In this document: piece by piece, positions 49,939-61,250 of the stretch
Position numbering within the stretch: position 1 is the first letter of the stretch
Layout of the letters: every line of letters begins with the position of its first letter
Source of the DNA: Hyalangium minutum
GTDB lineage: Bacteria; Myxococcota; Myxococcia; Myxococcales; Myxococcaceae
Assembly: GCF_000737315.1 (NCBI RefSeq)
Contig: NZ_JMCB01000003.1
Location: forward strand, 248,001-312,000
Reading direction: 5' to 3'
DNA length: 64,000 nt
The notes under the pieces: model-generated
What the model saw: only the letters and a program-made list of their open reading frames with translations
Told to the model about the DNA's origin: nothing
The model's database searches: none
Translations under genes and position numbers: made by a program

Positions 49939-50556
49939 ATGAGAAAGGTGTCCTTGGCGCTTGCCCTGATGTTCGTCAGTTGCCTCCGGGCCCCTGCACC
50001 TTCTCCGGTGCCAGTGGAGGATGACCGAACGATCGTCTTCCCTCAGTTCTTTGATCGAGCCGCGTGGCCTGTCGGCGTAGAGGGCGAGTTGTATGAACTG
50101 GATGGCGTGATGCTCCGAGCCGTCCTCATTGCCGCCAATGACTTCTTGCCCCCAGGGGCCAAGAACCCGTCCTGCCCCAACAGGCAAGAGGCTCAGTCGT
50201 ATCGGGTGATCCGCCAAGGCGACATCACCTTCGTCTACATCTACGAGAACGAAGCGTACTGCGGCGGTTCGTATCTGGCGCTGGATTCAGGTGCAAAGTA
50301 CGCGATCAGCACAGAAGGGCGCATTCTCCGGCGTGTCCTAGACGGCCACCCTGAAGCGGGGGCTCCGGGCTTCGAGGTCACGGATGCAGGCCCTCGGAAA
50401 GTTCTCTCCAGGCCGGGCGTTACTCCCGCATACGACTCCGTCTGGAACAAGCCGCCACCTGGCACGAGGCTGGACTCTCAGGACGGGGGCGTGGAGGAGG
50501 ATGGTGGGGGGAGCACGGGTCCAGGGGGGCATGTGGATGGCGGAGGACGGCCGTGA
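49939..50556 (+). CDS. Hypothetical lipoprotein with a DGG-rich tail
   Basis: Lipobox-like MFVS-C15; two further Cys; acidic Gly-rich C-terminus. Confidence 0.75.
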   Translation: MRKVSLALALMFVSCLRAPAPSPVPVEDDRTIVFPQFFDRAAWPVGVEGELYELDGVMLRAVLIAANDFLPPGAKNPSCPNRQEAQSYRVIRQGDITFVYIYENEAYCGGSYLALDSGAKYAISTEGRILRRVLDGHPEAGAPGFEVTDAGPRKVLSRPGVTPAYDSVWNKPPPGTRLDSQDGGVEEDGGGSTGPGGHVDGGGRP

Positions 50557-50660
50557 AGGAGGGGAGCAAAGGGGCCAGGGCCTGCTGGAATCGCTTCTCC
50601 TCCGGTTGCATTCCGGCGCCCGGCAGCGCATAAGAATCCGTTTTTCAACGGGAAAAGCTC

Positions 50661-52058
50661 ATGAAGCGCTACTTCATCCACACCTTCGGCTGCCAGATGA
50701 ACGTCAACGACTCGCTCCGCATGAGCGAGGTCCTGGCGAAGTTGTCCTACCAGCCGACGCCCACTCCGGATGACGCCGACCTCATCATCCTCAACACCTG
50801 CGCCATCCGAGAGAAGGCCGAGGACAAGATGCTGTCCGCGCTCGGGCGCTACCGGCCCGTCAAGGTCAGTCGTGGCGCGCTCATCGGCGTGGGCGGCTGC
50901 GTGGCCCAGCAGGAGAAGGATCGCCTCATCAAGAAGGTCCCTTACGTGGACTTCGTCTTCGGCCCCGACAACATCGGCAAGCTGCCGGAGATCATCACCC
51001 GCGTAGAGCAGGAGCGCGAGCGCGTCGTCGAGACCGCCTTCGTCGACTCCGAGGAGTACGTCTTCCCTCGCGCCAACGCCGAGACTTCCCGCGGCAAGGT
51101 GACTGAGTTCGTCACCGTCATGAAGGGCTGCGACAACGTCTGCTCCTTCTGCGTCGTCCCCCACACCCGTGGCCGCGAGGTCAGCCGCGCCTTCCCGGAG
51201 GTCCTCACCGAGGTCGCCGAGCTGGCCGGCATCGGCCTGCGCGAAGTCACGCTGATCGGCCAGAACGTCAACTCGTACAAGGGCGGCATCAGCTTCGCCC
51301 AGCTCCTGCTGCGCACCGCTGAGGTCCCCGGCATCGAGCGCGTGCGCTTCACCACCAGCCACCCGCACGACCTGTCCGACGAGCTCATCGACGCCTTCCG
51401 CACCCAGCCGAAGATCGCTCCGCACTTCCACCTGCCCGTGCAGAGCGGCTCGGATCGCATCCTCAAGATGATGCGCCGCGACTACACCGTGGTGCAGTAC
51501 CTGGAGCGCCTCGAGAAGCTGCGCGCCGCCCGGCCCGGCATCGCCGTCACTACCGACATCATCGTGGGCTTCCCGGGTGAGACGGATGAGGAGTTCGAGC
51601 TCACCCTGAAGCTCACCGAGCAGGTGCGCTACGAGAACCAGTTCTCCTTCATCTACAGCCCGCGCCCGAAGACCGGCGCCGCCCTGCGCGAGAAGGACTG
51701 GGGCCCCGTGCCCCACGAGGTGAAGATCGCCCGCCTGGAGCGCCTCCAGAAGCTCCAGCGGAAGATCTGCGGGGAGATCGCCGCCACCCAGCTCCACGCC
51801 GAGGTGGAGGTGCTCGTCGAGGGCCACTCCAAGTACGACGCCGCCAAGCGCTTCGGCCGCACCCCCGAGAACCGGACCGTCAACTTCGACGGCGATGCCC
51901 TCGCCGGCGCCATCGTGAAGGTTCTCATCGAGAAGGCCACCCCCAACCAGCTCATGGGCAAGCAGACGGCGGTAGTCCATGCTCCCACCGTCCAGCCCCC
52001 TCCCGCCGAGGCCCTGGCTGGGGTGCAGCCAGACCGGTTTCCTCTTTCCATGGCGTAA
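50661..52058 (+). CDS. miaB: tRNA-2-methylthio-N6-dimethylallyladenosine synthase
   Basis: TFGCQMN, LNTCAIRE, GGCVAQ, radical SAM CDNVCSFC, GQNVNSY, FTTSHP, C-terminal TRAM domain. Confidence 0.96.
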   Translation: MKRYFIHTFGCQMNVNDSLRMSEVLAKLSYQPTPTPDDADLIILNTCAIREKAEDKMLSALGRYRPVKVSRGALIGVGGCVAQQEKDRLIKKVPYVDFVFGPDNIGKLPEIITRVEQERERVVETAFVDSEEYVFPRANAETSRGKVTEFVTVMKGCDNVCSFCVVPHTRGREVSRAFPEVLTEVAELAGIGLREVTLIGQNVNSYKGGISFAQLLLRTAEVPGIERVRFTTSHPHDLSDELIDAFRTQPKIAPHFHLPVQSGSDRILKMMRRDYTVVQYLERLEKLRAARPGIAVTTDIIVGFPGETDEEFELTLKLTEQVRYENQFSFIYSPRPKTGAALREKDWGPVPHEVKIARLERLQKLQRKICGEIAATQLHAEVEVLVEGHSKYDAAKRFGRTPENRTVNFDGDALAGAIVKVLIEKATPNQLMGKQTAVVHAPTVQPPPAEALAGVQPDRFPLSMA

Positions 52059-52132
52059 GGGCGGGGCATTTCGCCCCCCTTCTCTGGTCGAAACGCTGAC
52101 GGAGGGGGGTGGGGCGTGGTAGGAGCACTCCT

Positions 52133-52603
52133 ATGGCCATCGTGCCCGAGACCGTGCTGAAGGCGTGCCCCATCTTCAAGGGGTTCACCGACACTGGCAT
52201 CGCCATCTTCGCCAGCATTGCTGTCCCGCGCGCCTTTCCCAAGGGCACCCAGCTCTTTGCCGAAGGCAAGAAGGGCGAGTCCTGCCTCATCGTCGGCGAG
52301 GGCACGGTGCGGCTCAGCGCGAAGAGCCAGGCCGGCGAGGAGATCTCTCTCGGGGACGTCACCGCCGGTGAGCCCCTGGGCGAGCTGGCCCTGGTGCAGG
52401 TGGGTGATCGCCTCTGCACCGCCACCGCTATCTCGGATGTCTCCGCGCTGGAGATCCGCCACGCGGACTTCCAGAAACTCCTGATCCAAAAGCCCCAGGC
52501 CTGCGTGAAGCTGCTGATGGGCATCGTCGTGTACTTCGGCCAGAAGGCCCGCGATAACCGCGAGATGCTCCGCACGCTCGTCGGAAAGGCCCCTGCCGCC
52601 TGA
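52133..52603 (+). CDS. Stand-alone cyclic nucleotide-binding domain protein
   Basis: CPIFKGF, LFAEG..G, LGELAL...RLCTA; no HTH. Confidence 0.85.
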   Translation: MAIVPETVLKACPIFKGFTDTGIAIFASIAVPRAFPKGTQLFAEGKKGESCLIVGEGTVRLSAKSQAGEEISLGDVTAGEPLGELALVQVGDRLCTATAISDVSALEIRHADFQKLLIQKPQACVKLLMGIVVYFGQKARDNREMLRTLVGKAPAA

Positions 52604-52631
52604 GCCGCGCGTGCTAGCCTGCACGCTGGTT

Positions 52632-53624
52632 ATGCGTGCATGCAGCCCCATCCTGGCGGTGCTCCTGGCTCTCGGGCCGTCGCTGGCGCACGCCGAGATC
52701 GACTGGTTCTCCCGCATCGACACGCCCGGAGGCATCGAGCTCCGCGCCGACTCGCGCGTCTTCACTCTGTTCGCCTTGCTCAACCGCGCCGGCTACGACG
52801 CGGGCCCTGTGCGGCGCGAACACCCCGTGCCGGCTTACCGGTACTCGCCCGCCCGTGTCCGCGTGCGTGAGGCCCTGTCCAGCGCAGACCTCGCCGTGCT
52901 CCAGCGCGCCCAGGCCTTCTTCGACGCCCACCCGCTGCCGCTGGAGCGCTATCTGGCCCTCTCCGTCCGCCTGGAGGACACGCCAGAAGTGCCCCCAGAG
53001 CTTCGCGAGCTGGAGGGGCTCGAGGCGCTGCTCGATCTCGTCGAGTCCCGCTGGCCCATTCCGGGGCTCAGGTCCGAGACCTTCGAGGAGTACCGCGGGG
53101 TGATGCGCTCGTACGTTGCCGTGCTGGATGCCCCGCTCCAACGTGTTCAGAGGGTGCTGCGCCTGCCGGAAAGCAGGCCAGGGCTCCGAGTGGTCGTTAA
53201 TCTGCTCGGAGCGGAAGGGTGGAGCCGAGGCTTTCGCACCCCTCAGGCTGTGGTGGTTGTGGTAGGTCCGGGTAAGAGCCCGGAAGTGGAGCGGGTGGTG
53301 TGGGAGTACGCGCGGCTGCTGCTTCCCCCTCGGGTGAGCGAGCAGGCGCAGGCGCAGTGGGCGGCGGGGCCCTCCCTCCTGAAGGAGGCGCAGGCCCTGG
53401 GAGCGAGGGAGGCGACGGTGGGGGAGTATGCGGTGGCGCTCGTGAGCCGTGCGCTGGCGCTGGTGGCAGTGGGAGCCCCGGATTCGGCCTATGAAGCGGC
53501 CAGTCGGGAGGGCTACTTCGGGCTCAAGGTCCTGGCGGGAAGTTTTGAGGACCCGCGCCCGGTTGATGGCTGGGTGATGGAGGGGCTGGCTCGGGTGGCT
53601 GCCGGGCGTCCCTCCCGGAAGTAA
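52632..53624 (+). CDS. Hypothetical secreted protein
   Basis: Signal MRACSPILAVLLALGPSLAHA; no recognised motif. Confidence 0.7.
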   Translation: MRACSPILAVLLALGPSLAHAEIDWFSRIDTPGGIELRADSRVFTLFALLNRAGYDAGPVRREHPVPAYRYSPARVRVREALSSADLAVLQRAQAFFDAHPLPLERYLALSVRLEDTPEVPPELRELEGLEALLDLVESRWPIPGLRSETFEEYRGVMRSYVAVLDAPLQRVQRVLRLPESRPGLRVVVNLLGAEGWSRGFRTPQAVVVVVGPGKSPEVERVVWEYARLLLPPRVSEQAQAQWAAGPSLLKEAQALGAREATVGEYAVALVSRALALVAVGAPDSAYEAASREGYFGLKVLAGSFEDPRPVDGWVMEGLARVAAGRPSRK

Positions 53625-53644
53625 ACGAGAGGCGAGGACGAAGC

Positions 53645-54412
53645 GTGGAAGAGCTACTCACCAGTCTCCTGAGCAATACCCAGGGCTTTATCGCTTACGC
53701 GACCGTCTTCCTGATCCTCCTGGCCTGCGGCCTGGGGGTTCCGCTGCCCGAAGACATCTCGCTCATCCTGGGCGGCTTCCTGGCTCACAAGGGCGCGGCG
53801 AGCCTGCCGGTGATGATGGTAGTGGGCTTCGCGGGCATCCTCGCGGGCGACAGCCTCATCTTCCACTTTGGCCGCAAGCTGGGCTCCAAGGTAGGCCGCA
53901 AGCCCGGAGGCTTCTTCGCGCGCATCATCACGCCCGAGAAGCGCGCCAAGGTGGAGGGCCTCTTCGAGAAGCACGGCCACAAGGTCGTCATGATCGCCCG
54001 CTTCATGCCGGGCGTGCGCGCGGTGACGTACTTCACCGCGGGCTCGGTGGGCATGCCCTACTGGCGCTTCATCTTCTGGGATGGCCTTGCCGCGCTCCTG
54101 TCCGCGCCGGTGTTCGTGTTCCTCGGCTTCCACTTCGGCAGCGAGCTGGACTTCCTCATCGGCAAGCTCAAGGACGGCCAGTTCGTGGTGATGGGCATCC
54201 TCGTCGCGGCCGGCGTGGGGTACTTCCTGTGGCAGCGGCGCAAGGCGGCTGCTGCGGCTCGCGACGCCGCCCAGTCCCTTCAACAAGCGGCCGTGGCGCC
54301 CGTGATTCCGCACGAGGTGGCCGTGGCCGACGGCCGCCCCGCGTCCTTCCTGGACGCGCCGGAGAAGCAGGCCGTGGCGGCCCGCTCCCACACCTCCGAG
54401 CTGCAGAAGTAG
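53645..54412 (+). CDS. DedA family membrane protein
   Basis: GVPLPEDI, GDSLIF..GR, ARFMPGVR, FIFWD. Confidence 0.9.
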   Translation: MEELLTSLLSNTQGFIAYATVFLILLACGLGVPLPEDISLILGGFLAHKGAASLPVMMVVGFAGILAGDSLIFHFGRKLGSKVGRKPGGFFARIITPEKRAKVEGLFEKHGHKVVMIARFMPGVRAVTYFTAGSVGMPYWRFIFWDGLAALLSAPVFVFLGFHFGSELDFLIGKLKDGQFVVMGILVAAGVGYFLWQRRKAAAAARDAAQSLQQAAVAPVIPHEVAVADGRPASFLDAPEKQAVAARSHTSELQK

Positions 54413-54436
54413 GGCGGGCCCCAAGTCCCTCGGGGC

Positions 54437-57229
54437 TCAGCGCCGTCCGAAGAGCCCCTTGAGCCAGCCCACCATGCCCGTCTTCTTCGTGGGCGACGGG
54501 GGCTCGGCCGCGGGCGTGGTGCCCGGTGCGCCTTTGGTTCCGGCTGACGGTGCTCCCGCCTGGGCGGGCTCCTGCGCCTGTGCCAGCCGGGCCTTCACGG
54601 CCTCCGGTGTGTCGCGCGTGGAGAAGGTGCTGGAGATCTCCTTCCCCGTCGAGTTCTCCTTGGCCGTCACCTTCAGCAGCGACTCGCTGTTCACCTCGAA
54701 GGTGATCGTCACCTGCACCTCACCGCGCGGGCGGTGGGGCAGGCCCGTCAGCTTCAGCGTCCCCAGGAACTCGTTCTCCGCGATCCGGTTGGACTCGCCC
54801 TGGAAGATGCTCACCTCGAGCTCCGCCTGGTTGTCCCGGTGCGTGGTCACCGTGTACGACTTGGTCGTGGGCAGCGCCGTGTTGCGCTCCATGACGGCCT
54901 TGAAGCGCCCGCCCGGCAGCCCCACGCCGATCGCCATGGGCAGCACGTCGATGAGGGTTACTCCCTCCTTCTGACCCAGGCTGTGCGCCAGCAGGGCCGC
55001 GCCCAGCGCCACCGCCTCGTCCGGGTGCACGTTCTTCGTGGGCGGCTTGCCGAAGTACTGGGTGATCTTCTCGTGCACCAGCGGGAAGCGGCTCTGGCCT
55101 CCCACCAGCACCACCTCGTGGATGTCCTGCTGCGTGAGCCCCTTCGCCTCGAGCACCTCGCCGCAGACCTCGATCGTCCGATCCACCAGCTTCTCGGTCA
55201 GCTCGATCAGCTTCTTGCGCGTGAGCGTGACGTCCAGATCGTACGGCGTGTTGTCGATCATCGTCACGAACGCCACGTGGATGCGCATGTCGTTGCGCTC
55301 CGACAGCGAGCACTTGGCGCGCTCGGCTGCGTCGTGGATGCGCTGCATGGCCACCCGATCGCCCTGGAAGACCTTGCCCGTCTGCTTCTGGAACTCCTCC
55401 AGCAGGTACTCGACGATGGCGTTGTCGAAGTCGATACCGCCCAGGAACGTGTCGCCGCCGGTGGAGACCACTTCGTAGACGGTGTCGTGCAGCTCCAGCA
55501 CCGACGCGTCGAAGGTACCGCCGCCCAGATCGTAGACCAGGATGCGTTGCTTGAGCTTGCGCCCGTAGCCGTACGCCAGCGCCGCCGCCGTGGGCTCGTT
55601 GAGGATGCGCTCCACGTAGAGCCCGGCCAGCTGACCGGCGTCGCGCACTGCCTGGCGCTGGTTGTCGTTGTAGTAGGCGGGCACCGTGATCACCGCCCGA
55701 GACACGGGCTGGCCAAGCTGGTTCTGCGCCACCTCGCGCACCTCGCGCAGGATGAGCGCGGAGATCTGCTGCAGCGAGAAGACGCGGTTGCCCAGCTTCA
55801 CCGCCGCTTCGCCGTTCTCGCCGGGGGCCACCTCGTAGTGGAACCGGTCCTTGATGTGCTGGACGATCGGCGAGTCGTAGGCGCGGCCCACGAGCCGCTT
55901 GGCCCCGTACACCGTCTGACGGGGGTTGGTGAGCATCTGCCCCTTGGCCGGGTGGCCGAGCACCATCTTCCCACGCGTGTTGAGCGCCAGGATGGAGGGC
56001 ACCGTGTTGTGGCCCTCGCGGCTGCGCAGCACCTCGGGCTTGCCGTTGCGCACGTAGGCCGCGCACGAGTTCGTCGTGCCGAGATCGATGCCAATGACTG
56101 GCCCCTCACGCTTGGGCTCCTCCTTGGGCGGCTCGAAGGCGGGCGCGTTGAGAGTCCCCGCGTTGGAGGAGACGACGGGCACGAAGCTGCCCGAGGGGCG
56201 CGTCGGGTTCTGGCTGGCGGAGGCGGGCGTTGGGGCCGGGGGCGCGGGAGGCGTGGCCTGCGCAGTCGCCGGAGGAGCGGCGGGCGCCGGGGGAGGGGAG
56301 GCCTCAGCCGGAGAAGAAGGAGGTGCAGGCGGCGCGGGTGGGGTGGCGGGCGCTGGGGCCGGAGCAGGCGCGGATGGTGGAGCGGCGGCCTCTGGCAGGG
56401 GCTCGGGAGGGGCCGTAGGTGGAGGAGCGGGAGTCGGGGGCGCGGCCTCGGGAATGGGAGCCGGAGTCGCCGTGCGCGGAGGGGGTGGAGGTGGGGGCGC
56501 GGCCTGGGGGCCAACAGAGGGGATCCCCGTGCGCGACGGGGAGGACGGCGTCGCTGCAGGTGGCGGGGGCGGGCTCTGCGGGACGGGCGCGGGAGTGGCC
56601 GTGCGAGGGGGCTCAGAAGGTGGATGCTCGGCCAGGGGGGCAGGCGCAGGAATATCCGTGCTGGGATGCGCGAGCGGTGGATGCTCGGCCAAGGGGGCAG
56701 GCGCGGGAATGTCCGTGCTGGGAGGCGCGGGCGGCAGAGGCACGGCCTGAGGGGAGGAGGTGGGAGCCGGCGTCGGCGCGACGCTCGCCGCATCGGGCGT
56801 TAGCGCATCGCCTGGGGAGGCCGCCACCGGTGCTGGTGTAGGTTGAGGTGGAACGGCAAAGTCAGCAGGCCCTACACCCGCGGGCACAGGGGGCTCCGCC
56901 GACTGGGCGTGGGGCACGTGGGCGAGTGCCGAGTCCAGGAAGCGCTTCGTCTCGGGATCGAGCGTGAGGAAGCGCAGCCCCATGCCGGGGATGCCCTGGC
57001 CCTGCTGGCCCGTGACGAAGTGGACCACGGCCGAGGCGTAGATGATGCGCGCCCCGGTGGACAGCTTCAGGTCCAGGGTGACAGGCGTGCCTGGCGGCTT
57101 CACCGTCTTGGAGCGCAGGTAGATGCCGCCCCGGCTGAGGTTGGTGCCGTACTTCGCGAGGAACTCTTCCGGGGTGGCAAAGGGCAGCTTGACCGCCAGC
57201 CCAATCGGCCCCTGATTGGAATCCGTCAA
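54437..57229 (-). CDS. PilZ (TIGR02266) - Pro/Ala-rich linker - Hsp70/DnaK fusion protein
   Basis: TTG start (MTDSNQG); NLSRGGIY; about 260 aa of Pro/Ala-rich linker; GIDLGTTNS, TVPAYY, LNEPTAAAL, YDLGGGTFD, VGGQSRFP, TLIDV. Confidence 0.9.
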   Translation of the reverse strand: MTDSNQGPIGLAVKLPFATPEEFLAKYGTNLSRGGIYLRSKTVKPPGTPVTLDLKLSTGARIIYASAVVHFVTGQQGQGIPGMGLRFLTLDPETKRFLDSALAHVPHAQSAEPPVPAGVGPADFAVPPQPTPAPVAASPGDALTPDAASVAPTPAPTSSPQAVPLPPAPPSTDIPAPAPLAEHPPLAHPSTDIPAPAPLAEHPPSEPPRTATPAPVPQSPPPPPAATPSSPSRTGIPSVGPQAAPPPPPPPRTATPAPIPEAAPPTPAPPPTAPPEPLPEAAAPPSAPAPAPAPATPPAPPAPPSSPAEASPPPAPAAPPATAQATPPAPPAPTPASASQNPTRPSGSFVPVVSSNAGTLNAPAFEPPKEEPKREGPVIGIDLGTTNSCAAYVRNGKPEVLRSREGHNTVPSILALNTRGKMVLGHPAKGQMLTNPRQTVYGAKRLVGRAYDSPIVQHIKDRFHYEVAPGENGEAAVKLGNRVFSLQQISALILREVREVAQNQLGQPVSRAVITVPAYYNDNQRQAVRDAGQLAGLYVERILNEPTAAALAYGYGRKLKQRILVYDLGGGTFDASVLELHDTVYEVVSTGGDTFLGGIDFDNAIVEYLLEEFQKQTGKVFQGDRVAMQRIHDAAERAKCSLSERNDMRIHVAFVTMIDNTPYDLDVTLTRKKLIELTEKLVDRTIEVCGEVLEAKGLTQQDIHEVVLVGGQSRFPLVHEKITQYFGKPPTKNVHPDEAVALGAALLAHSLGQKEGVTLIDVLPMAIGVGLPGGRFKAVMERNTALPTTKSYTVTTHRDNQAELEVSIFQGESNRIAENEFLGTLKLTGLPHRPRGEVQVTITFEVNSESLLKVTAKENSTGKEISSTFSTRDTPEAVKARLAQAQEPAQAGAPSAGTKGAPGTTPAAEPPSPTKKTGMVGWLKGLFGRR
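56619..56722 (-). repeat. 57-bp-spaced duplication encoding STDIPAPAPLAEHPP twice
   Basis: Near-identical 47-nt copies at 56619-56665 and 56676-56722. Confidence 0.85.
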
Positions 57230-57377
57230 AGCCTCATCCCGATATGTATGTGAGGTGTAAGGGGGAGTATCGCCTGAACCCACGGGGAAGGCATCAAAAC
57301 AGCCGACGGTTGGCGTCTCATGGCCGTTGCGAGCCCCCTCTCAGGCGCGTATGGAAGCGGCCTCCGCCGGGCGCTGA

Positions 57378-58862
<1,485 letters not shown>

Positions 58863-58915
58863 GGCGCAGCTTCGGAGTGGGGGAGGGTGGCTCCCCCATG
58901 TTGCTGGGGCAGGGA

Positions 58916-59533
58916 CTACTTGCCGCCGCGGCGCTTGCCACCGCCGGTGCCCTCGGCGGGAGGCTCGGTCGAGGCGGACACCTTCTTCTCCGCGTTGCCC
59001 ACCCGGTTGAGGAGCGAGTCCTTGTCATCCGGGTTCAGTGTCTCGATGGCCTGCCGCAGGGTGTTGAAGTCCAGGCGGGCGATGGTGACGGTGTTGCCGC
59101 CCTTGATCTCCTGGACCGTGGGCACGTCCACCAGCTCACGGACGTAGGTCTCGAACTCGCCGCGCACGTCGGCGGTCTGCTGGATGCAGACCTCGCGGGC
59201 GTTGACGATGCTGGTGGCGCCCTCGCGGTACTGCAGATCCGGGTTGCGCGTCATGGCATCATCGAAGGTCTGGATGCGCTTGCGGAGCGAGTCGTACAGG
59301 GTGATGTAGTCCGCCAGCCGCTCGGTCTCGGGGCGGTTGACGTTGCGCGCCTTGTTCAGCTCCTCGGCGGTGTCCTCGCAGTTGAGCTTCTCCAGCTCGC
59401 CGGCCTTCGGGGACTCCTTCACCGCCAGGTTCGCGGTCTCGCGGTCAAGCCGCTCGTCCGAGGTGATCTCCTTTCCTGCACAGCCGGTGACGGACAAGAA
59501 GAGAACAGTGGCAGCGGCAGGCAAGCGGCGCAT
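58916..59533 (-). CDS. Hypothetical helical lipoprotein
   Basis: [18 protein letters not shown] lipobox; antisense between guaB and guaA. Confidence 0.75.
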   Translation of the reverse strand: MRRLPAAATVLFLSVTGCAGKEITSDERLDRETANLAVKESPKAGELEKLNCEDTAEELNKARNVNRPETERLADYITLYDSLRKRIQTFDDAMTRNPDLQYREGATSIVNAREVCIQQTADVRGEFETYVRELVDVPTVQEIKGGNTVTIARLDFNTLRQAIETLNPDDKDSLLNRVGNAEKKVSASTEPPAEGTGGGKRRGGK

Positions 59534-59616
59534 CCAGAACCTCGAAATAGGGTTGATCTTCCAAAGTTTGTAGCGGTATGGGCCGCCCTCCGTCAACGAC
59601 GCCCGGGGAGAACCAC

Positions 59617-61170
59617 GTGGATATCCATGCTGAGAAGATCCTGATCCTCGACTTCGGCAGCCAGTACACCCAGCTCATCGCCCGGCGTGTTCGCGAACTG
59701 GGGGTGTACTGCGAGATCCACCGCCCGGACCTCCCCGAGGAGCAGATTCGCCGCTTCGCCCCTCGGGGCATCATCCTGTCGGGTGGGCCGGCCTCGGTGG
59801 AGACCGAGGGCTCGCCCCGCTGCGATCCGTACGTCTTCCAGGCGGGCGTGCCGGTGCTCGGCATCTGCTACGGGCTCCAACTTCTAGCCAAGCTGCTGGG
59901 AGGCAAGGTGGACCGGTCGGCACACCGCGAGTACGGCCCCGCCGAGGTGGAGGTGCTGGCCGCGCGGGGGCCGTTCACGGAGTTCACCCAAGGCGATCGG
60001 GTGAAGGTGCTGATGAGCCACGGCGATCGGGTGGAGGCGCTCCCGCCGGGATTCGAGGCCATCGGGCGCAGCGGGAACTCGCCGTTCGCGGCGGCGGCGC
60101 ATACCTCGAAGCCGGTGTACGGGCTGCAGTTCCACCCGGAGGTGGTGCACACACCGCGCGGCAAGGAGATGCTCCGGGCGTTCCTGTTCGGCGACTGCAA
60201 GGTGAGCGGCTCCTGGACGATGAAGGGCTTCATCCAGGAGGCCGAGGAGGCGATTCGCCAGAAGGTGGGCGAGCACGGGCGGGTCATCTGCGGGCTGTCG
60301 GGCGGCGTGGACAGCTCGGTGGCGGCGCTGCTGCTGCACCGGGCGCTCGGGCCTCGGCTGCAGTGCATCTTCGTGGACAACGGGCTGCTGCGGCAGGGCG
60401 AGCGCGCCCAGGTCGAGGCGCTCTTCGTGGATCGCTTCCACGTGCCGCTGAAGACGGTGGATGCGCGGGCGCGGTTCCTGGAGAAGCTGGCCGGCGTCAC
60501 GGATCCGGAGAAGAAGCGGAAGATCATCGGCCGCGAGTTCATCGCGGTGTTCGAGGAGGCCGCGCGCGAGGTGCATGACGCCGGGTTCCTGGCGCAGGGC
60601 ACGTTGTACCCGGACGTGATCGAGTCCGTGTCGTACAAGGGCCCGTCCGTGACCATCAAGAGCCACCACAACGTGGGCGGGCTGCCGGAGCAGATGAAGC
60701 TCAAGCTGGTGGAGCCGCTGCGCGAGCTGTTCAAGGACGAGGTGCGCGTGCTGGGCCGGGAGCTGGGGCTGCCCGAGGAGATGGTGGGGCGCCAGCCGTT
60801 CCCGGGGCCGGGTCTGGCCATCCGCGTGCTGGGCGAGGTGACGGAGGCGCGGCTGGAGCTGGTGCGGCGGGCGGATGCGATTGTCCAGGAGGAGATCCGC
60901 CAGGCCGGGCTCTACTCGCAGGTGTGGCAGGCGTTCGCGGTGTTGCTGCCGGTGCAGAGCGTGGGCGTGATGGGGGACGAGCGGACGTACGAGTCCACCT
61001 GCGTGCTGCGCGCGGTGACGAGCGTGGACGGCATGACGGCGGAGTGGGCGCGGCTGCCGTTCGAGGTGCTGGAGCGCATCTCCACGCGCATCACCAACGA
61101 GGTGCGTGGCGTCAACCGGGTCGTCTACGACATCTCCTCGAAGCCGCCGGCCACCATTGAGTGGGAGTAG
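59617..61170 (+). CDS. guaA: GMP synthase (glutamine-hydrolyzing)
   Basis: [38 protein letters not shown]; GTG start. Confidence 0.97.
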   Translation: MDIHAEKILILDFGSQYTQLIARRVRELGVYCEIHRPDLPEEQIRRFAPRGIILSGGPASVETEGSPRCDPYVFQAGVPVLGICYGLQLLAKLLGGKVDRSAHREYGPAEVEVLAARGPFTEFTQGDRVKVLMSHGDRVEALPPGFEAIGRSGNSPFAAAAHTSKPVYGLQFHPEVVHTPRGKEMLRAFLFGDCKVSGSWTMKGFIQEAEEAIRQKVGEHGRVICGLSGGVDSSVAALLLHRALGPRLQCIFVDNGLLRQGERAQVEALFVDRFHVPLKTVDARARFLEKLAGVTDPEKKRKIIGREFIAVFEEAAREVHDAGFLAQGTLYPDVIESVSYKGPSVTIKSHHNVGGLPEQMKLKLVEPLRELFKDEVRVLGRELGLPEEMVGRQPFPGPGLAIRVLGEVTEARLELVRRADAIVQEEIRQAGLYSQVWQAFAVLLPVQSVGVMGDERTYESTCVLRAVTSVDGMTAEWARLPFEVLERISTRITNEVRGVNRVVYDISSKPPATIEWE

Positions 61171-61181
61171 CAGGGAATGAG

Positions 61182-61215
61182 CAGGCAGGCTTCCAGGTTG
61201 GGGGGCCTGCCTTTC
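61182..61215 (+). terminator. Terminator after guaA
   Basis: AGGCAGGCTTCC-N5-GGGGGGCCTGCCT stem followed by TT. Confidence 0.55.
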
Positions 61216-61250
61216 CGCCCCGTTCCCGACACCCTTGTCTGGAGGTCTCC

